From Flaccisagitta enflata (lineage: Eukaryota), in NCBI GenBank assembly GCA_965153355.1, contig OZ231126.1:806001-870000 (forward strand): a DNA stretch of 64,000 bases, given 5' to 3'. Position 1 is the first letter of the stretch. Every line of letters begins with the position of its first letter. The notes beneath the pieces were generated by a model. That model saw nothing but the letters and a program-made list of their open reading frames with translations. It made no database searches and was not told the DNA's origin. Positions 14,061-27,300 of this stretch are shown here, piece by piece. The translations under genes and the position numbers were made by a program.

Positions 14061-14228
14061 GTGAAACGTGTACGTGGTGATATTTTGTTGTAGCTGGGGC
14101 AAGATCGGTACGACGATTTTGGGTTGTTTGCCCCTGTCGGTAACGATATTGAGCAGGAAAATGAGGAGAAGGAGAAAGAAAAGGAGGAGTGAGACAGAGA
14201 GAGCTGTGCAAGAGCGTCCTAATTCCAT
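14061..14228 (-). CDS. Candidate first coding exon of a signal-anchor (type II membrane) protein
   Basis: MELGRSCTALSVSLLLFFLLLLIFLLNIVTDRGK... ending at GTAATC donor; an open acidic/Asn-rich frame follows at ~13672-13878. Confidence 0.35.
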
Positions 14229-14259
14229 ATCACGGCACACCTCGTTTCCTATAACAGAA

Positions 14260-15264
14260 CAAGGCCAAGAGATGTCCAATAGATGCGTCCTCTTTAGATT
14301 ATTATCAAGATATATAGATATTTAGATATAATGATATGAAAATATAAAGATTCAGAGATAAAGAGAAAAATATAAACTGATCCCTCTCCCACGCCTCTCC
14401 ACCCCTCCCCCCGCCTCCCACCCCTCCCCCGCCTCCCACCTCCCCACCTCCCCACGCCTCTCCACCCTCCTGCCTCCCCACCCTCCCCGACGCCTCTCCA
14501 CCCCTCCCCCCGCCTTCCTCACTCCTCCCCACGCCTCCTCCCTCCCCCAACGCCTCCCCAAACCCCCCTCACCTCATCCTCGCGAAGCGACATGAAGGGA
14601 CTTGGAGAGAAATGAAGAGATATGGAGAGACATGGAGAGGCATGAGGAAACATGAGGAGACATAAGAGACATATAGAGACATGAAGAGACATAAGAGACA
14701 TAAGAGACATGAGAGACATAAGAGACCTAAGAGACATAAGAGACATAAGAGATTAAAGAGATATAAGAAATATGAGATATAAGAGATATAAAAGACATAA
14801 GAGACATAAGAGACATATAGGAGACATAAGAGACATAAGAGACATATAGGAGACAAAAGAGACATAAGAGACAAAAGAGATGAAAGAGACAAAAGAAATA
14901 TAAGAGACAAGAAGATACATGAAGAGAAATGGAGAGAAAACCTTAAAAATCGAGACAAAAGAGACAAAGAGACATAAGAGACATAGAAAACATAAGAGAC
15001 CTAAGTTACATAAGAGAAATAAGAGACATAAGAGATATAAGAGACATATAAGAGACAAAGGAGACATATAGGAGACAAAAGATACAAAAGAGACAAAAGA
15101 GATGAAAGAGACAAAAGAAATATAAGAGACAAGAAGATACATGAAGAGAAATGGAGAGAAAACCTTAAAAATCGCGTTTTGAAATTTTCGCGTTACGGAC
15201 ACTCAGACATTCAGACAGACCTACTTAGGGACACACCCTCTTACAGAGATGCGAGGACGCATCT
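14260..15264 (-). mobile_element. HINE family C with expanded 9-bp (TAAGAGACA) minisatellite and C-rich repeats
   Basis: subTIR TAGATGCGTCCTC / GAGGACGCATCTA, terminal palindrome AGATGCGAGGACGCATCT, same CAAGGCC...AAAAA ends as family A. Confidence 0.7.
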
Positions 15265-15278
15265 AAAAACATCAGATT

Positions 15279-15545
15279 TAACCCCAAGCCAAACCCGAGC
15301 CAACCCCGAGTCATCCCCAAGCAAAACCCGGGCAAACCCCGAGCTCGGGGTTAATCGGGGTTGGCTCGGGTTGGCTCAGAATTGTCTCTTGTAAATAATT
15401 GAAGGATTTCTGTCAACCCCGAGCAAACCCCGAGCAAACCCTGAGCAACCCCAAGCAAACCCCAAGCAAACCCTGAGCTGGGGTTGCTCGGGGATACTCG
15501 GGGTTCAACCGCGAGCAATCCCGAGCAACCCCCGGGGTTTAATCT
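15279..15545. repeat. Degenerate 11-bp repeats (AAACCCCGAGC) in both orientations, fold-back-like
   Basis: Visible direct and inverted units. Confidence 0.6.
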
Positions 15546-16289
15546 CACCCCAGATTACGGGGTGCGGCATTAGACTCTAATTTAGCGGGAAACGGGCAGC
15601 CGACAAATTGGACGACAGGCCCTGCAAAACAACATCAAGATCATTAATGAGGACGGCAAATTTTCGGGGGAAAATCAAGTGTTTCACTATACTTTTTGCA
15701 TTATTATTAGGATAGTCATGAAGCTGAAATGCTTTTACACGCTTTTAATTTTATAAGAACATGGATTTTTAAAGTCAGCCTCAGCATTCTTATTTTCAGC
15801 CTCTTTTTGAGGCTCAAGTGCTTTTAACATGTTCTTCTTTTTGAATTAGATAATCTCTTTAATTATATATTTATATTAATATAAACGCTAACTCGACGCT
15901 GTGTAACGAAGAGGGTCGCCGGGCATCTCGTCGATCGCCATCAGACGGACAGTCGTTCCTTAGTTAGGGTTGTCGTTGTTGCTGTATTGTTGCTTTTGTG
16001 GTTGTGGTTGTAGTTGTCATTGTAGTTATTGATGATATTGTTGTTTTTTTTTGTTATTGTTGTTATTGTTGTTTCTGTTGTTGTTGTTTTTGTTTTTGTT
16101 GTTGTTGTAGTTGTTTTTGTTATTGTTGTTGTTGTTGTTTCACAGAATTCTACGTAAATAGACAAGCAAATAGACACGCACAAATAATCATCATAGACTA
16201 CAGTGGTTGAGTTTCCGCCTCATTTTACGGGTTGCTTCATGATCATGGACCCGTTGGATGAAATGGACTAACTGGAAATGTCATCTGTA

Positions 16290-16880
16290 CCGGGTCATCA
16301 ATCTGGACTGGGAAAAAGTGTTAAGCTTTTGCTCTCAGCTGCTTCTTCTCACTGGTTTGGAATTTATTTTCTTTTATAGTACTATGTTTGACATTTTCTG
16401 TGTCATAATTTCATTGGTCTGAGTTGAATACTTTGCCCACAACATCAATTTGAATTAAAACAAGTATTTGTGGCTGAAGCTCACGTTATCTTGTTTTCAT
16501 CATAACTATTTTCCCTCATTTTTAATCAGTTTGAGCTACAAATGCTAAAATAATCTAAAATAAAAGATTTTTTTTTCCAATTCATGAAGAAATCGTTAAC
16601 TGAGACAAATCTGACATTTGCTGCTCAATCCAGGGAGATATAAGAGTTTATCAAAGAAAAACAGTTTTGATAAGCTAAGACTAAATTGAGCTATATCTGA
16701 AAATGCTTGTTTTTCTTTAAATTGATGTTGTGGACAAATTATTTAACTCAGACCAATGAAATTTTTATACAAAAAATGTCAAGCATAGTACTATAAAAGA
16801 AATCAAATTCCAAACCAGTGAAGAGAACCAGCTGAGAACTAAAGCTTAACATTTTTTCCCAGTCCAGATTGATGACCCGG
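16290..16880. mobile_element. Tc1/mariner-type MITE, 591 bp
   Basis: Long imperfect TIRs starting CCGGGTCATCAATCTGGACTGGG, TA at 16288-16289 and 16881-16882. Confidence 0.85.
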
Positions 16881-17381
16881 TATCTCATTGAAAAAATTAG
16901 TCAGGTCAATGCATTATTCGGCGAAATTGGCTGATGATGTGATTTCAGTTATTTTATTAATTGCAGACATGCAATGAGTAATTGTCCGTCAGCCCATCCA
17001 TCTGTCCACGTCCATCCATTGGTCCCTGAGCACAAGTGGTTTAGTTACTGGTGTGGGGGGGTGGGTTGCGGATCGGGTTTGGATGCCCCTGCTCACCCCA
17101 CCCTTCTTGTTTTTAGTCGCATGCTACGCGACTCTACACCCCGCTTTGTCGGTCTGTCCGTCGGTCCATCGGTCCATCTATTGGTCCGTCCGTCACACTT
17201 AACTTTTTTTGGGTTTTTGCGGTCTATGGCCTCACTGCTCCTGCCCAAGTGATCAAGTGACCTCAAATATGGCCCTTGCGCTTGCCCACCCGCACGCGAC
17301 TGGGGTAGCCGTGTATCCGGCCTTGTTTCTTAAGATGGCAAATGAATAAAGTGCGCGCGTGTAATTGTGTTTGTTTGTGTG

Positions 17382-17471
<90 letters not shown>

Positions 17472-19152
17472 TGTGTGTGCGTTTGTGTGTGCGCTCGTTT
17501 GTGTGTGCGCGTGCAAGTGTGCGTGGGGGTTGTTCGCTCTGCTCATCTGTCTACGATAAGAATTTGTAACTCTGCGGTCTTTCTTTCTCAGATTCGGATT
17601 TGGCTTCATACCGTCTGCTTTATTATCCACGCACAGCGAAATAATACAACAAATGTTGCTGTGCATTGAAATTTTTTATCCTCAAGTTACTGATCTACAG
17701 TCCATAAATGGACGAAACTGTTGTCAAAACCCGTACAATCATTATGGATCATAAGGATTGTAGGCCAAGTGTTACGCATCAGCAAAAATCTATAATTTTG
17801 AACAATTTCCTTTTTTCATTTTCAGTCCCGGCATCTTAAAAATAGAAATACTTGCCTCGTTGAGCTCACATTAAAGATTCCAGATCAGCATATTGTTTTC
17901 TTCCACTAGGACGACGGTTTAAACTTTTCTCTTTTTCGTTTGGGAAAAAACAACACATTAAAAAAAACTGAGATGATCCTAATAGCTAGTGAATAAGAGG
18001 GTTATCTAGGCAACGAGTGAAGGAGCTTTTCCCCAATGTGTAGCCAGGGGGTCCACGATAGTCAGTGGATATATGACCATGGAACATCTGCCATAGGCAT
18101 AGAATGTCCAAGCTAAACGTTTAAGGCCACAATGGATATCTGCTATTTAGGCTTGTGATCAAATGATGATGATAAAAATTAGAATTCCAGTACATAAATA
18201 TGTGCAACTCTAAAATTATGTAATCATTTATATCCTGTCGATTTGATTGATGACAAAAATAAGTAATAACATGTTCATTGTATTGCATATTTATTGCTAC
18301 AGCCTTTTTCGGCACGTGTATGCAACTCTATAAGTTGTCATTTTGGTTTGTTAGATAGTTTGACATTTTGCTTGGTTAGTCTTTCCCATCACTGCTCATG
18401 CCCTCCCGCATGCGATGTCAGGTATCCAGCCTTGTTTATCTGAATCTCATGCTGATATTCTGTCCTCATATGTCTTTAGTCGCGTGCTACGCGACTCTAC
18501 ACCCTACTTTTTTGGTCCGTCGGTTTGTCCGTCGGTCCGTCGGTTTGTCCGTTGGTCCGTCCGTCCATCCGTTGGTCTGTCGATCCATCACACTTTACTT
18601 TCTTTTGGTTTTTGTGGTCTCTGGCCTCACTGCTCCTGCCCAAATGATGCATTGACCTCAATTACGGCCCCTGCCCACCCGCACGCAACTGGGGTTGCCG
18701 TGTATCCGGCCTTGTTTATAGAAGAGTAACTGAAACAGCTAGCTAAAGAGAGTTCTTCAGCCAGGGATGAAGCAGGAGAGACAAGAGTCAACAGACGGCT
18801 TATGAGAAGAATAATAAGAAACAGAAAAACAGAAAGAGAGCTAGAAACAAAGAGACAGAGACACATAGATAGAAAGAAATAAACAGAGCAGAAACTCTCT
18901 AAACGCTAGGAGCTGAGCAATGTTGATCAAATGACAAAGAAAAAGTCCGGTGAAAAAGAGCTGTATCAAGGATAGTGAGGGGCAATAATTTGATGAGACA
19001 GAGGCTATAATATGGTTAGGCGGACAGTTATACTGGTGGGTAAGTATTACAATTCATGAAAAGTTATTATTTCAAACAATTTTGCATTATTTGAAAGATT
19101 TTGTTCAACAGCCATGAGGGAAAAAAAAAGATGAATTTTTAGTCGCGTGCTA

Positions 19153-19673
19153 CGCTTGGGTGCTTCACATGGCAAAAGTTGGGAGTATCTCTTTACCCTA
19201 CTTCGGTAATGTGGAGAAGCAAAAATCATGAAGATGACCATTTTCTTTTTTTCAAAATTCCTTCAACTTCCGTTTTTGTTTTGGCTCAAAAGTTTCCACA
19301 GATTTCCCTGAATTCAGCAAAATCCTGAGTAGTTTTGTTACAAAAAGGACAATTATTTGTTTTAAGAAATCATGATATTTGTAAAAATAAACTAAGATAT
19401 AAGAATATAAGCTATGCAAGAGCTCATGAAAAGGCAGATTAACAATTCTTTGAAGAGTAAAAATTTGTATAAGTTAATTTAAAGAATGTCAGCATACTGT
19501 TTTATCCCACTGCATTATGCAAATTAGGTCCTCAAAAACAATTTTCTAAAAAACGGAGGATGAATGATTTTTGATAAAAGAAAAATGGTAATGGTCCTAA
19601 ATTTAGCCACTCCACATTAAGCAAAGAGGGTGAAAAGAAGTAACCAAATTTTGCTATGTGCAGCACCCAAGTG
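19153..19673. mobile_element. MITE with CAC-type TIRs and 3-bp TSD (CMC/CACTA-like), inserted in a family A HINE
   Basis: TIR C(G/A)CTTGGGTGCTTCACAT; CTA duplicated; removal restores the HINE subTIR; second copy at 56287-56803. Confidence 0.75.
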
Positions 19674-20868
19674 CTACGTGACTCTACACCCCGATATGTC
19701 GGACCGTCGGTCGGTTGGTCGGTCGGTCAGTCCCCTTTTTACTTTTTCGGCGTTTTTGAGCTTTTTGAGCATACGGCTCCTGCCCAGATGCCCTAGTGAC
19801 CTTCTCCAGCACTGCTCCTGCCAACCCGCACGCGACTAGGGTAGCCGTGAATCCGGCCTTGTTTAAACATACTTCTATCATCTCACAAGAAAAACAAAGA
19901 CTGTTTTGAACATAGCAACTGTTCACCTCATCACTTCTTTTTTTGGGGGGAGGTGAAAGAAGTGGACCTCCATCGTAGCCTTAAAATGACAAAAATAGCA
20001 AAGTGTGACGGACGGACCAACAGACTGACTGACAGAGCGGGTCAAAGAGTCGCGTGCACGCGACTAAAAATAGATATCTTTTTAACTGTAATTTTGATTA
20101 TACTGTCTCCTGATAGATTATCTAAGTGTTATGTTTTTTTATCTCCTGTCTTCCTGGTCACCTATCTACTCAGATACTTCATTGTTTTGCTCTCTAGTTT
20201 GTACGACTCTCTCTATCTCGCTCTCTTGCTTGCTTTTACTCTCTCTTGCTTGCTCTCGACCGCTCTTGCTTGCTCTCGCTTGCTCTTGCTAGCTCTTGCT
20301 CAAGCTTGCTCATGCTCTCACTCTCACTCTCTCGCAGGCTCTTTCTCTCATGCACTCTCTCACTCATGAGTTTCTCGCTCTTGCGCTTACTTGCTCCCGC
20401 ACTCGCTCTCTCTGATACAATCTATTTCATGCACTAGCGCAGTTAATATCCGAAAGGCCATGTCATATTATGTCTTTGCTTGTCATGGTAGCTATGTTTA
20501 AGTGTGTGTTCTGCAACCAATAAAGTGTCTGTCATTGGCGATGGGCTGCTGATGGCAGGGAACTCCTCTAAACACAGTAAAGTGATGACGAGGTTGTCAC
20601 CAAAAATAGTAATTTGCAAAATATTTTCTTTGTCAATGTTAGCTATATTTGATCTCATGATTGAATGCAAATTTTGAAAAAGAATGATAATTGTGATATA
20701 TCTCAATGATTATTTTGGTGTAATCATTCAGTTTTATTCACTTTGGATTTTGGATTTTGGTCCCCGTTGAAATACAAATGTTGCCTTCGGAAGCACGGTG
20801 TCTCACAAGATCAGTTGCAAGAGACAAAAGCTCGATTTCCTGTTGTCGTTTCACTTGATCGCGTTTTG

Positions 20869-20940
<72 letters not shown>

Positions 20941-21163
20941 GCGCGCGCGATAATGAGCCCAGTCGAGTCGCCGGAATGAAGCGCAAAGGACGCATCTGTA
21001 GACCAACAGACCGAGCATCGGTTTTCAAAATGGCGACAGTACTACTGAACCGCATTTCTTTAGGGTATCTTTGTTCGCGGATTTGTATTCGGAAGATTCA
21101 ATAGCACCAATGGCGACGCGCTAGCGCGAAGGTGACAGCATGTTTTGAACGAAGCGATGTCGA

Positions 21164-21164
<1 letters not shown>

Positions 21165-21245
<81 letters not shown>

Positions 21246-21655
21246 GCTGTTTCCCGGAAGCCATGATGGCTTGTAGAAGGCCTCATGGCATAATCGTAAT
21301 CGAATGACCTTAAATATTCGCCTTGTCGGAAACTTCGCACCGTGGCAGTCCGAAAGAAGACGGCTCAAGGCGGTGGTTGCGGAGGAGGACGGGCGGGGGA
21401 AGAAGAAGGGGAGGAAGAGGAGGGAGGTGGAGGCGTCGGACCAGGAGGAAGAAGAGCTGAGAAAGCCGGAAGCGAGCAGAGGAATTCACAAACAGCGACT
21501 GGGTTGATCCACAAATCCCTGATGGTAAGGTTCGTCGGAGCGGCGTTGCAATCAAACAAATGTTGCACAGTATGCGGCAGAGTGCGGCATTGCGGGCAGA
21601 TGTCAGATGTCGACCGACCGACGCGGAATTGGTAGTCTTGCATATAACGACAGTG
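21165..21655 (-). mobile_element. 5'-truncated non-LTR retrotransposon 3' end (left-arm copy)
   Basis: CPQC...HTVQHLFDC zinc-knuckle-like motif, DLWINPV, 3' UTR, (AAC)n tail. Confidence 0.7.
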
Positions 21656-22095
21656 TCGTTGACGTTGTTTGTCTTTGTCATTGTCGTTGTTTGTCTTTGT
21701 CATTGTCGATATCGTTGTCGTTGTTGTTTTTTGTTGTTGTTGTTGTTGTTGTTGTTGCTGTTGTCGCTGTTGTATTTGTTGTATTTGTTGTCGTTGCTGT
21801 TGGTTCCCTCTCATCATTTTGAAAATCGATCGTCACGTGCTTGTTTCAAAATCATGTAGTTTATGTGGTGACAGCTTCCCTGGCGATCGACCAAACGTAA
21901 TACCCCTACGGCTAAATGGCCCTCTTTGGGTTATGAGAATTTTATTTAAAAAAACTCAACCAGCAAAATCGTCACAAACTATTCCCCTTTAAACAAAAAA
22001 AGAATGACTTATCATTTCAAAAGCGGTATCCGATTCAAATTCGATTTGTTCCGTTTCGCCGTCGAAGTCGGTCCCATCCATCAGCCGGTCAGTGA

Positions 22096-22582
22096 TCAGT
22101 AGTTCGCCAGAAATGCCGCGACGACGCACGTGACAATCATCAGCCATCCTTGGCGCTTTTTCCCCGAACCGTTGCAAAGATCCGTTTGGCACCAACATCT
22201 CTCCCCTTTTTCTCCGTCTCTTGGCAGGCAACCCTGTGGGAAGAACATGAGTCTGACAAGTTAGCGAAATTTTCATTCTTTCACATCTTTACGTCGGTTT
22301 TCATTTTTTTTTGTTTCTCCTCCCAAATGTATTATTTCTGTAAATGAAAAATGTGTTTTTTTTTCAGTTAAATGTTTTTACATTTTCCGGCCGATTCGTG
22401 TTACTGTTGCATCCTTTGGGTGTAATTTTGCCGTCGATTTTCAAGTAATAGCAGTTCCTCTTTTTAGCGGCAACGCAATCCTGTTTAAAAACTTTCCCAT
22501 TCTCGTCTTTGTTGTAGCACTTCTCAACGCTGTTGACGGCGCAAGAAAAAAAGAAGAGGATTAAAAAGATTGTTGTCTTCAT
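22096..22582 (-). CDS. Ly6/uPAR three-finger protein, left-arm copy (possibly defective); exons ~22582-22382 and 22233-22096
   Basis: Signal peptide, KCY..C..CY..KGC, then terminal exon GCLPRDGEKGERCWCQTDLCNGSG + hydrophobic tail; 5 bp shorter than right copy in exon 1; HINE immediately upstream of ATG. Confidence 0.65.
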
Positions 22583-23269
22583 GCTATTTTTAGTCGCGTG
22601 CACGCGACTCTATAACCCACTCTGTCCGTCTGTCCGTCGGTCACACTTAGCGGTCACACTTAGCTTTTTTCGCCGCACCTGCCCACCCGCACGCGACTTT
22701 GGCTCGTGTATACGGCCTTGTTTTTTTCTATTTGGTAGCACTACGGTTCAATTAGGTACTCTTGATTTGTCTAACTGATTTCTTTTCTGTTTGTTTACAA
22801 TGAGCATCACTCGAAAATTCTCGTTGATACTAAACACGCATGATCAAGATGTACGATTAGACTAACATAAGTGGAAACCGACCGCTGATATTGATGGGAA
22901 GAGCAAATTATCGACTGATGGACAAACAAAGCTAAATATACACATTTGAACACCTAAAATGTCACCCTTGACAAAATCAATACAAGTAGCTTCAACAACA
23001 CTGGCAAAGTTTCATAAAATTCTGAAGTCTGGTTCAGAAAATATCAAAGGTCTATAAACGGCAACCTCAGTTGCGTGCGGGTGGGTAGGGGAAATAAACT
23101 CGCTCAGAAGAGCTTGTGGGCTGGGGCATTAAGGTCGATAAATTGATAAACACCAAAAAAGTGAGATTGGCGGACTGACAGACCAATAGACCAACAAAGC
23201 GGGTAGAGTGACATAGCAGGAGATGAAACTAAAACACAGAGATAGTGCAAGAGTGGGAGTGAGAGCGAG

Positions 23270-23650
23270 AACAAGAGGGAAAGAGAAAAGGAGAGCGAAA
23301 GCAAATGCCAGAGCAAAAGCGAGAGCAAGAGAGAGCAAAAGAGAACACAAGAGCGTATGAAAAAGCAAATGCGGAAGCCAACGCGAGGGTGAATGCAAAA
23401 GCAATTGCGAGAGCAAACGTGAATGTGAGAGAAAACGCGAGAGCAACTGTGAGAGCAAACGCAAAAGCTAACGCGGTAGCAAACGCGAGAGCAAACACGG
23501 GAGCAAACATGCGAGCAAACATGTCATGAGATAACACAAGAGCGAATGCGAGAGCAAACCCGTGAGCGAACGCGAGAGTGAACGCAAGAGCGAATGCGAG
23601 AGCGAATGCGACAGCAAACGCGAGAGCGGACGTGAGAGCAAACGCGAGAG
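23270..23650. repeat. Degenerate ~12-bp minisatellite (GCGAGAGCAAAC); mirror at ~35550-35930
   Basis: Visible tandem periodicity. Confidence 0.7.
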
Positions 23651-23885
23651 GGAGAGTCGATCAAAATTCGTGCTTAAGACAAACAGATAAATAGCAACAA
23701 GAGAACATGACGACCGAGATAAAGACAATGACGCGGAAAGTGATAACGACAATGAAGTAAGAACATCAGTGAGTGAGTGAGTGAGTGAGTGAGTGAGTGA
23801 GTGAGTGAGTGAGTGAGTGAGTGATAGAGTGAGTGAGTGAGTGAGTGAGTGTGTGTGTGTGTGTGTGTGTGTGATTGTGATTGTG

Positions 23886-23972
<87 letters not shown>

Positions 23973-24301
23973 CACGCATGTCTGAGTGCCGAAATTGGCC
24001 AAAACTGGCCCATCCAATTAGAATCCAGTCTATTTGCTTTTGCGTTATATTATTGACGATAACTAGCAACGCTGACTTTGTTGACGACGACTTTGCTGAC
24101 GAAGACGACGACGAAGCAGCAACAACGACGACAACAACAACAACGACAACGAAGACAACGACAACGACGACGACAATGAAAATGACAACGACGACGACGA
24201 TAACGACAACGACGACAACGATGACAACGACGACGACAATGACAACGACGACAACGAAGACAACGTCAAGGACGACAACGTCAAGGACGACAACGACAAT
24301 G

Positions 24302-24370
<69 letters not shown>

Positions 24371-27300
24371 GCAACAACAACAAACAACAACAGTGAAAAA
24401 GAACAGTTATAACGTTTCGTTGAGGACAATCAGCAGAGTTTTGATCATGAAGTGAAAGAAAATTCAACCAATGATTAGCGTCCTCGCTCTTGTCTTTATT
24501 GTTCAGATCACCAGGTTTACGTCAAAAAATAAAATAAAAAGAATATTGGCAAATAATAGTGACTAGGACGCAGTGTACGGGAAGAAGAAATTTCATGCGT
24601 CATTACAATTTTTTAGATATTTTTTAATATTATCATTCTATAGTTTTTTTTTAGAAAAAATATTTTGTAAGTGTTGAACAATAAATATTTGCATAGATAA
24701 TCTCTGAAATATAGATTTGATGTACATAATTTATTGAAAAAGGGTAGAAAAAAAAAGATTTTTTAAAGAAAATTATGCTTTATCATCTCACTCCTGTTAG
24801 GTGAAATTATATCATTGCATAATAATAAAGAAATTTGCATTTTCAAAAACATGGCCTCTTTTTAAAAACATATAAGAAAAGGGCCATGTTCTTAGAAATG
24901 CAAATTTTTCTCTACTGAGGCTGTAATATAATTTCACTCTAACAATGTCTTGAAATTTGTTTACCATTTTCTACCAAACATTCAATTCTTTTGTTGCGGA
25001 CACGCAACTCTATACATTTGTCCGTCCGTCCGTTGGTTGGTCGGTCGGTCCGTGCACGAGTCGAAAGTGAGGAAATGAACGTTTTAGATGCTTTTTCTGC
25101 ATGTGAGTGGGGGACTTGTGGTGTGGATTGAGGTTGGATGCCCCTGCCCACCCGTCCGCAACTGATGGCCGTGTATCCGGCCTTGTTTCTGATCATTATT
25201 AAACCACAGTAAGTATTCTGGCTTCGCGATAAACTTTTCTATCTTCCTCCCTCCCTCCCTTTTTAGTCGCGTGCATGCGACTCTATAATCCTCTATGTCG
25301 GTTAGTCGGTCTGTCCATCCATCCCCGTTTGCTTTTTTGTTGGTTGTGCAATACTGCTCCTGCCCAAGTGCTTGAGTTAGCCTTTATCACTGCTCCTTCC
25401 CGCCTGCACGCGACTTCGTTGCGTTATTTCCGGCCTAGTTCTTTCCGTCATTTTTTTTTAACTTTTTGGGCAGCGGCCCCAAAGGCCGATGTCCCGAGAC
25501 ACAAAGGCATTTCTATCCAACTATTTCCACCTTCACTTCACCCCATTAATAATAGGAAAATATAGTTAAAACAAACTTCCAACTGAATAACATGGGAAAA
25601 TGTCCCATTGAATAACATGGAAAATTTCAATAGAAATGCACATTTTATCGAATAACATGGAAAATTACAAAAAAAAAAGCAAAATAGCAAAAATAATTAT
25701 TAACATGGAAAATTGATAAAATGAAATTCCGAATAACATGAAAATTGACAATAAATTGTAGAAAATACATTACATAGTAATGTTCTAAGGCCTGAAATAT
25801 GCCTTCAGGATGTACCACTCACCCTACAGGACATCGGTCTGGGGCTGCCCTGCTCACTCCACCTTTCCCATCTAGCGGGGCTGACCATGTCCTGAGACGA
25901 GCCATTTTTTTTCAACTTTTTTCATTCCAGTAGGACATCTCAGATAGGATGCAGTATCATAAAAGTCTAAAATCTCTTTTAAAATTTACACGACATCCTC
26001 GACCAAATGACTGTTGTTTTTGATTTTTTCAAAAATGTGCGACGGGAGCCCTATATAGATTGCTGGCTAAGGAACCAAAAATAAAATTAAACGCCAAAAT
26101 AGATGGGGTGAAAATTGTTTTTGGTCAAAGAAAAATTTGCTTTTGTGAAAAGTTTACTTTTTATGTACTGTTTTGAGAAAAATAAAGTTTGGGCCAGATT
26201 TCCCATTTCCTTCTACTAAGGAGCACTTTTTGTTCCCCTCTTTTAAAAGGTGCAAAGCTCTACCAAAAACTATGCAAAATTTGAGATTTATCATCTTGTT
26301 TTCTTTGTTATTCCTTGACAAACTGGTAAAAATCCTTGGAGCTGGTCTTGTTTAAAAGATATTAGGTAGTAGAACATAAGACAAGGAGAAGTAGTTGATA
26401 GTTGTCCCAATGGGGCCCTCTGGAAGTCCTCATAGGACTTCAAATGACCAAAATAGCTGAAAATGACTAAAAAATGAGGTTCTGATGTTCTTCCTCGTCA
26501 AAGATTAGAGGACATGAGAAGAAGCATTGTCAATTGTTTGAGCACAAATAGGGGCCTCTCAAGGCCATCTTGAAATAGTGTTTCTAGAATGGCAATGACT
26601 AAATTTAAGTTATTTATCATTTTTTTTTTGCTATCTTGATAATTTGTATATCTAATATTCCAGTTTAGCATCCTCATTAGTAAAGTAGCACTAGATAAAA
26701 GGCTGAAGACCTCTGATGGCCCATTCAGAGATTTAAAAGGACTAATACAAATGACCAATCTGACATTTTTACACTGTTTTCTTGATTACATTATTGACAG
26801 TACCTATTTATTGCCTATTGGATGGATGATTGATTTATTGAATGATTGACATTAGATTGATTCATATGTCTGTGCCTCCTGCTCAAAGGCCCCCAAATTT
26901 AAACAGCTGAACAGCCCAAAAAATGGGAGTTTTAAGTTGTTTTTCGTCCATATGAGGGAATGATAAGACACTGTCATCTGGTGTGAAATATCGTAAAACA
27001 AATTTCTGTACTCCATTCAAGGGGCCTTTAGATGCCTAAAGGCTTAAATGAGAAAAATAAATTTAAGCAGCTTGACAATGAAGGACATAGCCATCTGTTT
27101 ATTTCCTTTTCATCAGGCGCAGCAGAACAGATATCAGCGGCTGAAGACCCTGCCGAAATCTACAAAGGCAGGACCCGTGATACAGTGACCAGTCTGACAT
27201 TTTTAATGGTTCATCTTCGCACGTTTGTTTACTGCCGGCCAGATACTGATTGATTATAACTCTATACAACTGTATTCCAGTTTTTTTTTTCGTTTGGGTA

